DNA of 64,000 bases from Amoebophrya sp. A120 (Eukaryota; Protista; Dinoflagellata): the NCBI GenBank assembly GCA_905178155.1, contig CAJINV010000004.1, positions 8,578,882-8,642,881 on the forward strand. Reading direction: 5' to 3'. Shown here piece by piece: positions 1 to 11,800 of the stretch. Both the position numbers and the translations under genes were made by a program. How positions within the stretch are numbered: position 1 is the first letter of the stretch; the number at the start of each line of letters is the position of its first letter. Below the pieces are notes generated by a model. That model was not told where the DNA came from. It was given only the letters and a program-made list of their open reading frames with translations, and ran no database searches.

Positions 1-151
1 CTCTGGATGAGAGAGAAAACTTGTAATGCAGAAATCCTACGGGAAAACACCTATGAAACGAGGCTGCTATGCATATCCGGCATGACAGAGCTTGTCTGTC
101 TTGCTTGGCCTGCAACACCATGTGTAACTGCAACACTTTTTTCTTGCGATA
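1..151. mobile_element. Introner family F, right part only (window edge)
   Basis: Ends TTTTTTCTTGCGATA next to an ACOX exon, like the elements at 20072 and 59380. Confidence 0.6.
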
Positions 152-3100
152 AAGTTCCATCCGTCCACCAACGCGACGGCCTGGGGCCGGATCATTTGCA
201 AACACTTCTTGATCTCCTTCGTGATTAAAGCCGAGATCTTCCGGTCCCCCCCGGGCAGCGCCCCGCAGGCGATGAAGTCGCCCAGACCGCCGCCCTTGTC
301 GTACCCGGAATCGATCACGGTGAGGCAGTAGAGCTGGTACAAGGGGTTGAGCGCGGTCTGCACGGTCTTGGACGCCTCGGCCAGGGTCTCGCGGAAGGCC
401 AACGCGTACATCACGTAGGCGTGGGAGTAGGTCATGCGCATCATCTCGATCTTTACCTGTGTTCAGGAATGAAAAACGTTTTTGGCATTTGTTTTTTGTG
501 AAGATCGAGATCGTTCTGTATGTGTATTTACCGACTTTGCATGTTGAGAAAGAACCCATTTGCTGGTTTTCGATGTACGTGTAGTAGTCTTTGTCGCGTA
601 GAAGCAGTGCTTGTGTTGTTGCCTCCAGGGAGTAAAAATGACAAAATCAAAGACTTTGTTCTTCCAAATACGTATATCCGTTGGAGTACCTCATCCAGTG
701 TATTCGGTCCGATTTTCCCGCCCGCGGCCATGACCGCCTCCTGAAAAACTTCCGCCGTACTGTAGTGCATCCAGTTGGCACGGCGCTTGAGGCAGTCAAA
801 CAGGAAATCGTGGTTCTCGAGCAATTTCTGCTCCTCCAGTTCGTCGACCGTCGGGGGCTTGTGCTCCGCCATGGGATCGAAGTCGTAAATGTACTGGAGG
901 AGGGGAGTGTGCGGATTCGTCTTCTTGCCCTTCATCATTTTTGCGGTCACAGCGCCGAGGAGCACTTGGCCAACCTGGATGTAGTTTGGGATATGAAGAT
1001 GAGAAATTTACTTTTACGAGCGAGCGCAATAGTTTCGTCTATCACAAGCATCGACCCACCCGGAGATATCATGCATTTAAGGACAATTGACCCACAACAT
1101 TTATTTTCCAACTACATCAAAGATCAACGATGAATGTTACGTTCAATAACACTCGAGATTCATCATGATATACCTGGATACTGAGCACCACAAAATCGCC
1201 CTCATACGTGGCCTGCGGCAAAACGGACATGGTATTCGGGCCGACCCCCGCGCAGTTCAGGTACCCGTGGCCTCCGAGGGACTTTATCCTGAGTAAAATC
1301 GTCCCCACACCCGAGTCAAGATGGGAAATCTGCTAGACAAATCGACCAGCTTCAGTTGTTTCGCATGACAAGTTTGTCCTCGTAGTGTCATCCTGTTTAG
1401 CTAGTGCAGCAGCATCGCAGATCTAGTGCAGCATGCTGATTTGAGCATGACAAATCTCAAAGCACCACTATAAACTGCTTCTCATGGGGCTTCGCATGAG
1501 AAACATTTTATGCATGCACATTTGCATTACAACTCTGGGGTGGAGGGGACGTTTTTACAAATGATAGACTTCCGGCACTGTTCCATGCCATCGACCGCCA
1601 GCATGGTGTATCAAATGCAAAAATGTCTGGGTCTGGAAGAATGGAAGGCTTGTCATGCTTGTCTGGCGTGACCCATGATGCTTGTAATGCATGACCCAGC
1701 ATCACAGATTTTTGGAAAGCTATCTGATGCCATTTCCGCATGACAAATGCCCTCCTTGCGTAGCACAAATGTGGCTCCTCTTGCTGGTCATGCAATACAG
1801 ATTTTTTTAGAGTCCAAAGTTAGCATTACAAGTTCCACCTTTCCAGACCCAGAAATTTTTACAGTTGATATAGTGTTCACCGCTTTTAACGTGGAGGTCA
1901 GACAGTGCATTTCCTGCAGCTTGTCAAATTTGTTGCCCCGGAATTCCCTAATTGCGATGTCATACAGTTTCCCCGCCATCAACCCTGAGAAGTGCAACGC
2001 GAAGGAGAGCGCCAGCTGGGGGAAAATCAGGAACTGCTGACTGGAATAGTCGAGGATCTAGAAGTAGGATGCTTTTGTGAATTTGTGATGCGGTTGCGGA
2101 TCATGCAGAAATGGGAGAAATAAACCAAAAGACTTGACTCGAACTACCAAGAACTGCTGCATATCACCAGATTCAATTCACATTCATCATGCTTATGCAG
2201 ACACATGATATCAACATGAACATGCTCTTCACTTTTATAGTACCTGTGCCTCGCTCCGCTTGCTTGGTTTGGTGATCTTTTGCAGCTGGGACACAACGTT
2301 TTCCTCCCCGAAATTGGCAGAGTGGTCGTCTGACCCGAGTTGGACCCGCTGCATCTGAAACTGCCTGCGCACCGCGGAGTAGCGGACGGCGGTGGTGACC
2401 GCTTTCGCTAAGTGCACGCCAGAGGAGGAGGAGATTTTCAAGCGTGTGTAGGTCATGGTGCCGAACAGCATCTTTTGGTTGCCGACTTTTTTGTAGTTCC
2501 CGTCCCGGTCCACGTATCCTTTGTAAAAACGTCCCCACCACAGAGTCAAGTTGTCAAATCTGCAACACACATCCCCAAGTTTTGGCTGTCGAGCATGACA
2601 AGTTTGGGTTCGTAGTGTAACCCTGGGGTAGCTAGTTGTGCAGCCGCATGACAATTTGGCTACCTTATCCTGATTCCAGCATGACAAAGTACCAGATAGC
2701 ATTAGAAAATGGCTGTCATGGGGCTCCGCATGAGAAACGTTTTCAGCATGAAGCCTTGCATTACAACAATGGGGAGGTGGGGGCGTTTTTACATAGGATA
2801 CGACGTTCACAAACTTCATTAACAAGTTTCGTCGGGGGATGATAGCTTCGGTAATGTACAAGCCCCCGTTGTCCATGCCGTTATAGCCCAGCTTCTGCCC
2901 GATGTCACGGAGCTCCAAACCAGGGAGCGTCGCGTGCGTGTTCCAGTCGCGGATCTGGGGAATAGTTTTCGACGGTTGTAATGAACTCTTGCATCATCTT
3001 CTTGTTGTTCACAAAAAAGTATAGTACCAATGCCTTGTCGTCTGCTGGAAGTTAGTAGATCACGTGCATCACAAAGCAGTAACGAATCAATCTATTACCG

Positions 3101-3986
3101 CAAAATTACGACAAAAATCTGACGGTTGTTCCACCTGAAAGAAGAATGGATGGGGTCCGTAATCCTTCCCCTTGATGATCACCCGGGCCATCAAAATGAC
3201 GCAGTTGCAACTCTTGGCCATCCCGCCGGGCCACCACTTCATCGCTTCCAGCGACGGGGTGTGCACCCGCCACCCGCCGTCACCGTTGTACAAAGTCCCG
3301 TCCCAGACTGCCTGGGTCCCCATCCCGCGCACGTTCGACCCGTGGGTCAACTCGGTTTGGGCGTAGGTACCTGAAACAAAAACAAATTTTTTAACGATGA
3401 TTTTAGCTATGGAGATTTTTCAAATTTATGCAACCCAAATCATAATTGAAAGACGTCTACTGAAAGTAGAGCCACTGGAAGATGGCATGACGAAGCAGAC
3501 CCTTGTTTCATCGGCACCAGCATCACAAATTTTTCTATCCCATATAATACCGACGTATTCGTAGTTGAGCGCCTTCTCCAGCCACCAGGACTGCTGCTCT
3601 TCGTCCGCCAAATTGATCAACGAGGGGAGGAACATGACGTCGTGCAGTAAGATGAACAAGTCTTCGCCCAGCAGCATCTCCAGCGGCCCCCTTTCCTCGA
3701 ACGGAATGCGGTTCTCGCGCACAATCTTCACGAAAATCCGCGCTCGTTCGCAGGCTCGGTAGTACCGCTCTTGCCGGTTGATGTACCAGAGGTCGTCTGC
3801 TTGCAGGCGGGGCTCCGCCATGACGAGCTTGACCTGGTCCTCAACTTTCTTCAAATTCTCCTGGCCACCGTAAATCAACTGGGTCAAGTCCCAAATGTCA
3901 AAGTTCGCGCGGCGACGCTCGCGGCGCAAGTCGGTCATCACCGGCTTCGACCACTGCATCGGCTCGAACGTGGCGGGCTTCGACAT
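1..3986 (-). CDS. ACOX: Peroxisomal acyl-CoA oxidase, multi-exon, 3' end runs off the window
   Basis: Joined exons give GTYAQTELTHGSN, KWWPGG, DIGQKLGYNGMDNG, AVRYSAVRRQF, EQCRKSLGGHGY, TYEGD and AVALVDGW. GT-AG introns at 457-689, 975-1173, 2058-2243, 2955-3134 and 3371-3550, plus 4 introners. Confidence 0.93.
1285..1566. mobile_element. Introner family B
   Basis: TIR TATCCTGAGTAAAATCGTCCCC / GGGGACGTTTTTACAAATGATA; TSD GACTT; removal gives CRKSLGGHGY. Confidence 0.92.
1609..1870. mobile_element. Introner family A
   Basis: TIR TATCAAATGCAAAAATGTCTGGGTCTGGAA / TTCCAGACCCAGAAATTTTTACAGTTGATA; TSD TGGTG/TAGTG. Confidence 0.9.
2515..2800. mobile_element. Introner family B
   Basis: B-type TIRs; TSD CCACG/CGACG; removal gives FVNVDRDGNY. 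Confidence 0.9.
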
Positions 3987-5185
3987 GGTTTGTGCTGATG
4001 GGCTTGGAAGGGGGGCTCAGAAGTGGGCGAAAATTTTTAGGTGGTCTTTCGGGAAGATGAAATGAGAAAGTAGAACTACGAAGACTACAGTGCTGTATAC
4101 TATACACGACACTGCGAGATCAATTACAATTGTAGTACAGAGAAAATATTAATGTGAAAGTTAAGTTTAATCGCGGAGCCAAATTTGGGCCACTGGAGGT
4201 GTCATGATGGGTTCAGAATCAAATTGTACTAAATAGAAAAAACTGCTAACTGCACTGCAAACTACTTACTCCGACTCTCGACCTCTGAAAACCAACAAAA
4301 CGTGAGAAGATCAGAAACAAAAAAACCGATGTCGTCTTTATCATGCGGTCGTGGATGGCTAGAGTTCTTCTTCTTTCTCATGCGCTCGGACAAAAGAATA
4401 AACCGAATTGTAAGTACGCTGTTTTCACCTTTCATAGTGAGGTGTTTGCAGGCAGGACCGATCGAATATCTCGGAAAGCTCGAACCGATTCTTGGCGGTT
4501 GCGGTTACGTGGCACAAGCGAAATTGTAAGCAAGAAAGCTCCGTCTAGAGAAATCAAATCAAAGCTAACTGCTTTGTGCTGTGTTGTATTTGTTCTTCTC
4601 TTCGTATTTTATTCCTCACTCTTCTCCTAGTATACACGCCACAATGGCTGAAAGAATTGTACATCAACCCGAGTGTCTTCTCAATAGCACCGTTACTGTT
4701 CTTCAAGAATGATATTGTACAAGTGTAGTTTTTAGCTAAAATACAGATTGATACCAACAAAAAAATCCAATTCCAACGAGTCATATGTTACATTTGATCA
4801 TATTGTCTCTACTATCCTAAAAAACTGCTATTCAAGACGATTCTAATACCAAAATTCATTCGAGAATCTCTCTCTTTTTCATCTGTGTCAGATTGATCTA
4901 AAAACTTGGCTAAATGGCACTCCTGTGCCTGTCTTACCTTGAAATAAAACTCGTATTTGGAAAAATTTTGCAAATTGTTTACCATAAATTCCAGAAGATT
5001 TTGTTATACGTTGTACCGTAAACGAATACGCAATAAAGTTTGTTTGAAATAAATTTGCTCACATTACATGCAAAGGGTGTCAGAAAGTTAGGTTTTGTCG
5101 TACTTGCTTACCACTGTGTTGTTGCACAGGATAGTACTCACTGTGAAGAATCCAGCCTTCTTTCCCGCCCTCTTCTCCATATTCC

Positions 5186-8100
5186 TTACCGCGACGGCGC
5201 CAAGTGCTTCAAGTACGAGAAGGTTTTTTCTTTTCGCTCATCGTACCTTAACACGTTCAGCAGCGATTCGCACTGCTTCATCGTCCGCGGTGTGTACGGG
5301 GACACGTCGTACAACAAGTCCACGCAAACCTTCCGCTGGTGAAAGCCCGCTAAAAACAGAGCCGTCCGTCCGTGCGCGTCCCGCATATCGGGGAGAGTTT
5401 CTTTCGTGTTACTGGTCGCCCGCTCGCTGTCCGTCACCAGCAACAAGTCCAACACCGCGTCGGAACCGTGTGCATTGCAAATATGTCTGGATCAGGAAAA
5501 GTGCAAACTTGTGATGCGTCCTGTGGGTCACACAACAATCTGTCTTGCGTGATCACCAAAAGTTGCCCATTTTTGACCAACACTACAGAAAGTCTCTCAT
5601 GCAGAATAGGCATGATAGAAAACTCGCAGAATCTGTCATGCTAGGTCCTGCATTCCAGACCTCATGGGACCTGCAAATTCTGCATGACAAGTTTGCATCC
5701 TTCCAGACCCAGACATTTTTACACTGGATAAACCATGTGCCGCGGCGATGTGCAACGCCGTCCGGCCGAACGAATTATCAAATGTAAAAATGTCTGGGTC
5801 TGGAAGAATGCAACTTGTGATGCTGAATTTGGATTCCAAAAAAATCTGTATTGCATGAGCAGCAAAGGGAGTGTAATTTTTGCTACGCGGAGAGGGCATT
5901 TGTCATGCGGAATAGGAATCGCAGGGCCCTCAAAAAATCTGTGATGCTAGGGCATGCATCACAGACATCAGGAGTCATGCAAAACGTGCATGACAAACCT
6001 GGCAATCTTCCAAACCAAGACATTTTTACATTTGATACGAATCCACCGCGTACAAATCCGCGCCTCGCTTCAAAAACAGCTCGCAGAGCTCCACGTTGTC
6101 CACCAGCGCCGCGGCGTGCAGGGCGAGGCCGACGAAGTTGGATTTCGATAGCGGCGGGAGCTCGCAGTCGATACTGTTCTTCTTATCCGAGAAAAACGGT
6201 TGCTGGCGTGTCGTGCTGCCGGAAGTGGGACTGCTGGTTAGTAAGCTTCGGCTGTTCGGCGTGGTAAAACCCCCTGCCCCTCTCGTTGACTTTGGCGTGG
6301 AGTGATTCACCAATGTCGGTGAAGTAGATGAGCCGCCGAACGAAACGCCACGATTTGTTGGTGAATTTCCGCCGCTCGGGCTGTTCGCGTCGACCCCGCC
6401 GTACGCTTCTTTTTCCGCGTCGGTGAAGTAGTCCGTCGGTAGCACCCCGTCGTCCAAAAAGTTTTGCTGGACCTCTTCCGCCGGCCTGCACATGTAGATC
6501 GCGTCCGACAGCTCCCTCGCCCGTCGGTACCGCTGCGTGCACTGCTCCGTCTTGTGCGGCTTGAACAAGGCCGCGGCAATGACGCTTTCGTAGCACCAGT
6601 TGCAGTCGACCTGCCGCTGTGGGCAGGTGGTGTCGTGCTCCGGTTGCAGGATCAGGGGGAACTCGACGCCGCAGAGGTTGCACTGCGTCGGCCGGTGGGT
6701 GCAGTCGAGGCCGTGGGCGGGAAGGTCCTTCGCGAGCACGACTTCGTGGCACATCGGGCAGATCACGCCGCGGTTGGGGCACTCGATCCCGCAGTGCTTT
6801 TCCATGTCTTCGTAGCTGGGATGTAGTGTTTTTTTTTTTTCTGTGGGCGGTTTTGGTATCATGATCGATACTAGAAAAAGCCGGCTTCGAAGGCAGAAGC
6901 ACACTTGTTTCTATATGCAAATAAATTCAACAGACAAAACACGAACCACACACCCAAAGCACTATACACTAGCTTCGCTCCACATCCCAATTCGCACTCC
7001 GCGTTGCGTTTCTTATCAAATGCAAAAGTGTCTGGGTCTGGAAGGATCCGAACTTGTGATGCGTGTTTCGGATCCTACAAAGATCTGTGATGCATAAACG
7101 TGCAAAAGGTGCCCACTTCTGGCCATGCTGAGAGGGCATTTCTCATGCAGAATACGCATCACCAAGGAACTGCAGAACCTGTGATGCTCGGCCCTGCATT
7201 CCAGAGGTGGGGGAGCTTGGAAAAACTGCATGGCAAATCTCGGAATCTCCCAGACCCAGACATTTTTGCATTTGATATTTCTTGCACAGCTTCAATTTGT
7301 GGATCGCGAGCTGGTTATGCATTGCAAAAGTATCGTACTAGTACTAGACCATTACGCCGGCGCCCAGGACGCCGGCGATAGGTGGCCTAGTAAATCTAAA
7401 CGCAACTACCAAGCAAACTAACAACAAAGAGGAAAAAACTTGGAGAGCGTTGGGCTGAAGACTAGTCGAAAGAGTCCCGCTCTTGGGAATCTGCTAGCGG
7501 AAACGCGGCCACTATTCGAAGCCCTTCGGGCCGCGGTTGTAGCATGACAAAACGGGCCCGCACTTGCTACTGAAGCCCTTCACTAGTAGCGGCCCACATT
7601 AGTGGACGCGCGCGCCTTCGCTGCCGGGGCTTCTTCCTAACTAGCTCGCCCCCGCCCGGCCCGGCCGTCGGCCTTGGCCTTGGGCTTGGCCCGATCCCCC
7701 GCTTTTGGGCGTCCTGCCCTGCCTGATGTCTAGAGAAGGCCTCTCCCCCAGATAGGTCCCCGGACCCAGATGTCTCCCCGGATACCTCCCCAGATATATC
7801 CCAAATCCCCAGACATATCCCCAGACATATCCCCAGACATATCCCCAGACATATCCCCAGATATATCCCCAGACATATCCCCAGATATATCCCCAGATAT
7901 ATCCCCAGATATATCCCCAGATATATCCCCAGATATATCCCCAGACATATCCCCAGATATATCCCCAGATATATCCCCAGATGCGGGACGGGCCGCCTTT
8001 TTCATTTTGCATGCCAGCCGAGCTTCATCGCCCCCCCTACCCCCCCAAACGGGGGCGGTCTTTGGGGGTAGCCAGAATAGACCTGCTAAAAACCGGCCGG

Positions 8101-8747
8101 ACCGCCCGCGTGGAGGACACACCGGCAGGATGTTTGTTCCCCGCGATGCCTTTTTTTTTCTTACGCGTGTTCCCTTAGAAGCTTCCCTTAAGGGCTCCCT
8201 TAAGGGAAGTTTCTAGATGCCCTTTTTTCTAGAATTCATTTTCTAAGGGCGCCCCTATAATCTATAAGGGCGAAAAATCCGAGTAAAAATTCTATAGTGT
8301 TATTTTATAAACTGCACGACAAATTTGCTCAAAAACAAAAATGCAATTTGTAATGCTGTTTTTCCTTAGAAAGTAGATCTGTCATGCAACATGGCTGCAA
8401 TTACAACGAGTACGATGCTTTTGCACAGGATACTGGTGGTCCACCATGTCCACGCCGCACTGCATGGGGCAGGCAACCATCCGCTGCAAGGGGATCAGCT
8501 CCCTCGGGACTTCCTCGTGGCCCTTCTTTTTCGGTTTTTCCCCCGGCTTCAGTGGTTGGGAGTGCAGTAAATCGTCGAACCCACCCCGACACGCGACGGC
8601 CTGCTGGGGAACGAATTTCGTGGAGGCGGACAGAAGGGGGTACTTCTCTTTCAGTTTTGCGGATAAGGCGGCTTGGGAAAGCGACGAGCCGGAGGTTTCG
8701 ATGACCTTTAGGGCATAATTGTTGATACGATTAGAAAGTTTATTCAT
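5186..8747 (-). CDS. TRAF-type zinc finger plus ankyrin repeat protein, multi-exon
   Basis: Joined exons give CPMQCG..HKLKLCKKRNAECELGCG, repeated C-x2-C..H..C fingers, and ankyrin-like GADLYAVDSFGRTALHIAAAHG and GRTALFLA. 4 introners and a probable GT-AG intron at 6816-6967. Confidence 0.8.
5469..5730. mobile_element. Introner family A
   Basis: A-type TIRs; TSD AACCG/AACCA. Confidence 0.85.
5776..6037. mobile_element. Introner family A
   Basis: A-type TIRs; TSD CGAAT. Confidence 0.92.
7014..7277. mobile_element. Introner family A
   Basis: A-type TIRs; TSD TTTCT. Confidence 0.92.
7344..8307 (-). mobile_element. Helitron-like non-autonomous insertion
   Basis: Sits between A and T of the family C consensus (GTA|TAAA) with no TSD. 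The minus-strand 3' end is a GC hairpin (CGCCGGCG..CGCCGGCG), 7 nt, then CTAG. The 5' end is TA rather than TC. Confidence 0.55.
7813..7980. repeat. 12-bp minisatellite (AYATATCCCCAG) x14, with degenerate units from ~7769
   Basis: Tandem array visible directly in the sequence. Confidence 0.97.
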
Positions 8748-8874
8748 GTGTCAAACTCAAATCAAGATGACACAACTCGAGCGATAAGTAGGAGTAGGAC
8801 TAGTACACTGCGCATTTCAGTTTATTTTGTATACTACACCACACTGCGCTAGTACAACTAGCTGAAGTTTTTAA

Positions 8875-11800
8875 TCAGTATACTTTTCCGTCCCGCATGA
8901 CGCCAACCGATTTCCCGCCTGCCAGCGTGTCCTTCTGCAGCCGGTCCATCTCCGCCCAGAATTTGAGGATATCCAATGTAAAAATGTCTGGGTCTGGAAA
9001 CTTGTTATGCTAATGTCCGAATGATACGCAAACTGTATTGCGGAGCTACGCATGACAAGTTTCTGGGTGGCTACGTCTAACGTGAATCGCATGACAAATT
9101 GCCTTTTTGCATGGCAAACAAGTGGCGCTGTTGCTGTAGCGCAACAAGCATGACAGAATTTTGTGCATTGTCGGCCGAGCATGACAAGTTTGCATTCTTC
9201 CAGACCCAGACATCTTAACATTTGATAGAGGAACATGCCGAACAAGTCACTGTTTTGCGCCAGCCACTGCTTCCCGGGCGTCTTTGCGAACGCGGTCCGG
9301 AAGTGCCTCGACATAGAGATTAGCTGCTTGAATCTCGGGTGCACCAGCATCACGTCAAAATACGTCTGCAGTCCGTGTTATGCATTGCAAATATGTCTGG
9401 GTCTGGAAACTTGTGATGCAAATTTCCGAATTGTGGGCGCACTGCAATATGGAAACCCAGCATGGAATCTTTCTCTTTTTGCGCTCCTGTTTTTCGTTTT
9501 TCGCGTGACAAACTGCGTTTTTGCATGACAGGCAAGAGGCCCTTTTCCTGCTCCTGCATCACAGATTTAAGAGTCATGCCAGACAAGCATGACAAACTTC
9601 AACTCGCACTCTTCCAGACCCAGACATATTTGCATTTGAGACGTGTGCCTGGTCCGCTGCGCCCACGATGAGGAGCTGGGCGGGGACGCCGGGCTCCAAA
9701 ATTATCACATACAAATATGTCCGGGTCTGGAAACTTGTAATGCTCTGTTGTGAATAGTGACTGCCTTGTAGTGCTCAGCCAAGCATAAAGAAATATTTGC
9801 GCAGCGCAGCGTTGCGCTTTTTGCATGACAAACTGCGTTTTTGCATGACAAGAAAAAGGGTCTAATCTTGGACACGCATCACAAACTCTTCAGTCATGCC
9901 AGACAAGCATGACAGCTTTTGCATCCTTCTAGACCCAAACATATTTGCAAAGCATAAAAATCCCCGCCTCCTTAAACAACTCGCCGAGCTTATCCTGTGT
10001 AAAAACGTCCCCACACCAGAGCCAAGATGGGGAATCTGCTAGACAACTAAGCCAGCTTTGCTTGTTTGGCATGACAAGTTTGCTCGCGTAGTGTAATCCT
10101 GTTTAGCTAGTTAAGAAGCATCACAGATCTGGCAACGGATGCTGATTCTAGCATCACAAATTCCAAAACACGAATAGAAAATGCTTCGCATAGGGCTCCG
10201 CATGAGAAACTTTTACTTTTTTTTGGCATGCGGAATTGCATGACAACTATGGGGTGGGGACGTTTTTACTCAGAATAGAGCTCGTTCAGAAGGCGGGTGT
10301 CGCACTCGAAGGGGTTGCGGAGATAGTCTTGGAACCGGAAGTTGAGATGGACCTAGAAGTTAATAGGACGGCAAAAATGAAAATCGAGGAGGCGTTGCAT
10401 GGAATATTATTAGCAAATATTACAAGAAGCACCACGACGTGCAGTTCAAGAACAAGCATACCTATTCTATAGCAGGACAAGCAAGATGAAGCTGTTCTTT
10501 AATAGTACCTGAAACCGGATAAACGACACGGGGTTCACGTCCGGAGCGACAATTGGGAATTTATGACACAGAAAAAAGCAGGCAGGTCACATTATGATTA
10601 TTTGTAATGCAAAAATAAATACACAAAAAAATCTGTATTGCATATCCTAAACAGCACGCTATGGGGCCTCCCATGGCATTGGCAGATTTTTCTGTGCGTT
10701 AATTTTTGCATTACAAATCTGACCTGCCTGCTTTTTTCTGTTGGTTAGAATTGCAGGTCTACCCGGGAATAGAGCTTCTCGCGCTTCAGGGACTGCTGGT
10801 GGGATTCCTTCAGCTCTTCGTCGATCTTTTTCCATTCGTCGGCACAGTTCTCGCAGATACCTGTTTTTTTTATTTGTCTTGCACTTTATCAGTGGTGTAC
10901 TACGCATATCAACATGTTCACAACTATGCACCCGGGTCGCTTGCTACGTCCATGCTCCGGGTTAAGAAAGAACGTAAACTCATTCTTTGTTTCAGACAAG
11001 TCCGCAAAAAATCACAAAACCTCATTATACCATAAAACTCGCATCTTCTTTTGCACGTTTCCATGCCGTACGTCTGCAGCCTTCCGCACCTATCAACTGC
11101 ACATATGTCTGGGTCTGGAAGAATTCTAGACTTGTCATGCATCTCGCGGACCACACACATAGTTTGGAATGCACACACACAAGCATCACAGATTTTGCGA
11201 GACCCTCCTCATGGCTATTCCGCATGAGAAGTCCGCCTTTTGCCTAGCAAGAATTGGGCAACTTTTGGCGTTCATGCAATACAGATATTTTCGTGATCGA
11301 GTCTAGCATGACAAGTTGCCATCGCATCTTCCAGACCCAGACTACATATTTGCAATGCATAGCACACACGGCACGGCAACTCTCTCTCCTCGCTCCACCG
11401 TACGTCCTGGTAGGTCTGCAAGAACAGCGAGTGCCCCCGGGAGCAGGTCGGCACGTCCTGGGAAAAGACCCGCCGCTTGATATCTTCTGTCCTCCGCAAG
11501 TTGATCGGGCCCACCTCCCAGTTCGCCGCCACCCCTTCCCGCTTCGTTTCCTCCACCCATTTCTCCAGGCTACTCGCGTCGTATGACAGTGCACAACCCC
11601 CCCCTCCCCCTGATTTGTATTGCATGAACGGCGATACAAACAACCGCACATGTGGAGCCTGTGCATGACAAGTTCTTCATGCGCGTAAATGTAATACTGT
11701 TCAGTGCTCTGGAACCTGGCATGCAAACAGTACCACAAGGAAGCGCTTCGATTCTGTATTTTGCGTGACAAATGAGGGGGAGGGGGAGTTGTGCACTCTC

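Larger units (their letters stand above)
7316..8432. mobile_element. Introner family C expanded to 1117 bp by a nested insertion
   Basis: TIR TATGCATTGCAAAAGTATCGTACT / AGTACGATGCTTTTGCACAGGATA; TSD CTGGT; removal gives DHQLAIHK in frame. Confidence 0.88.

Noticed and set aside
7641-8216. ORFs with GYIW, DISP and SGDI repeats
   Set aside because: These are translations of the 12-bp minisatellite inside an intronic insertion.
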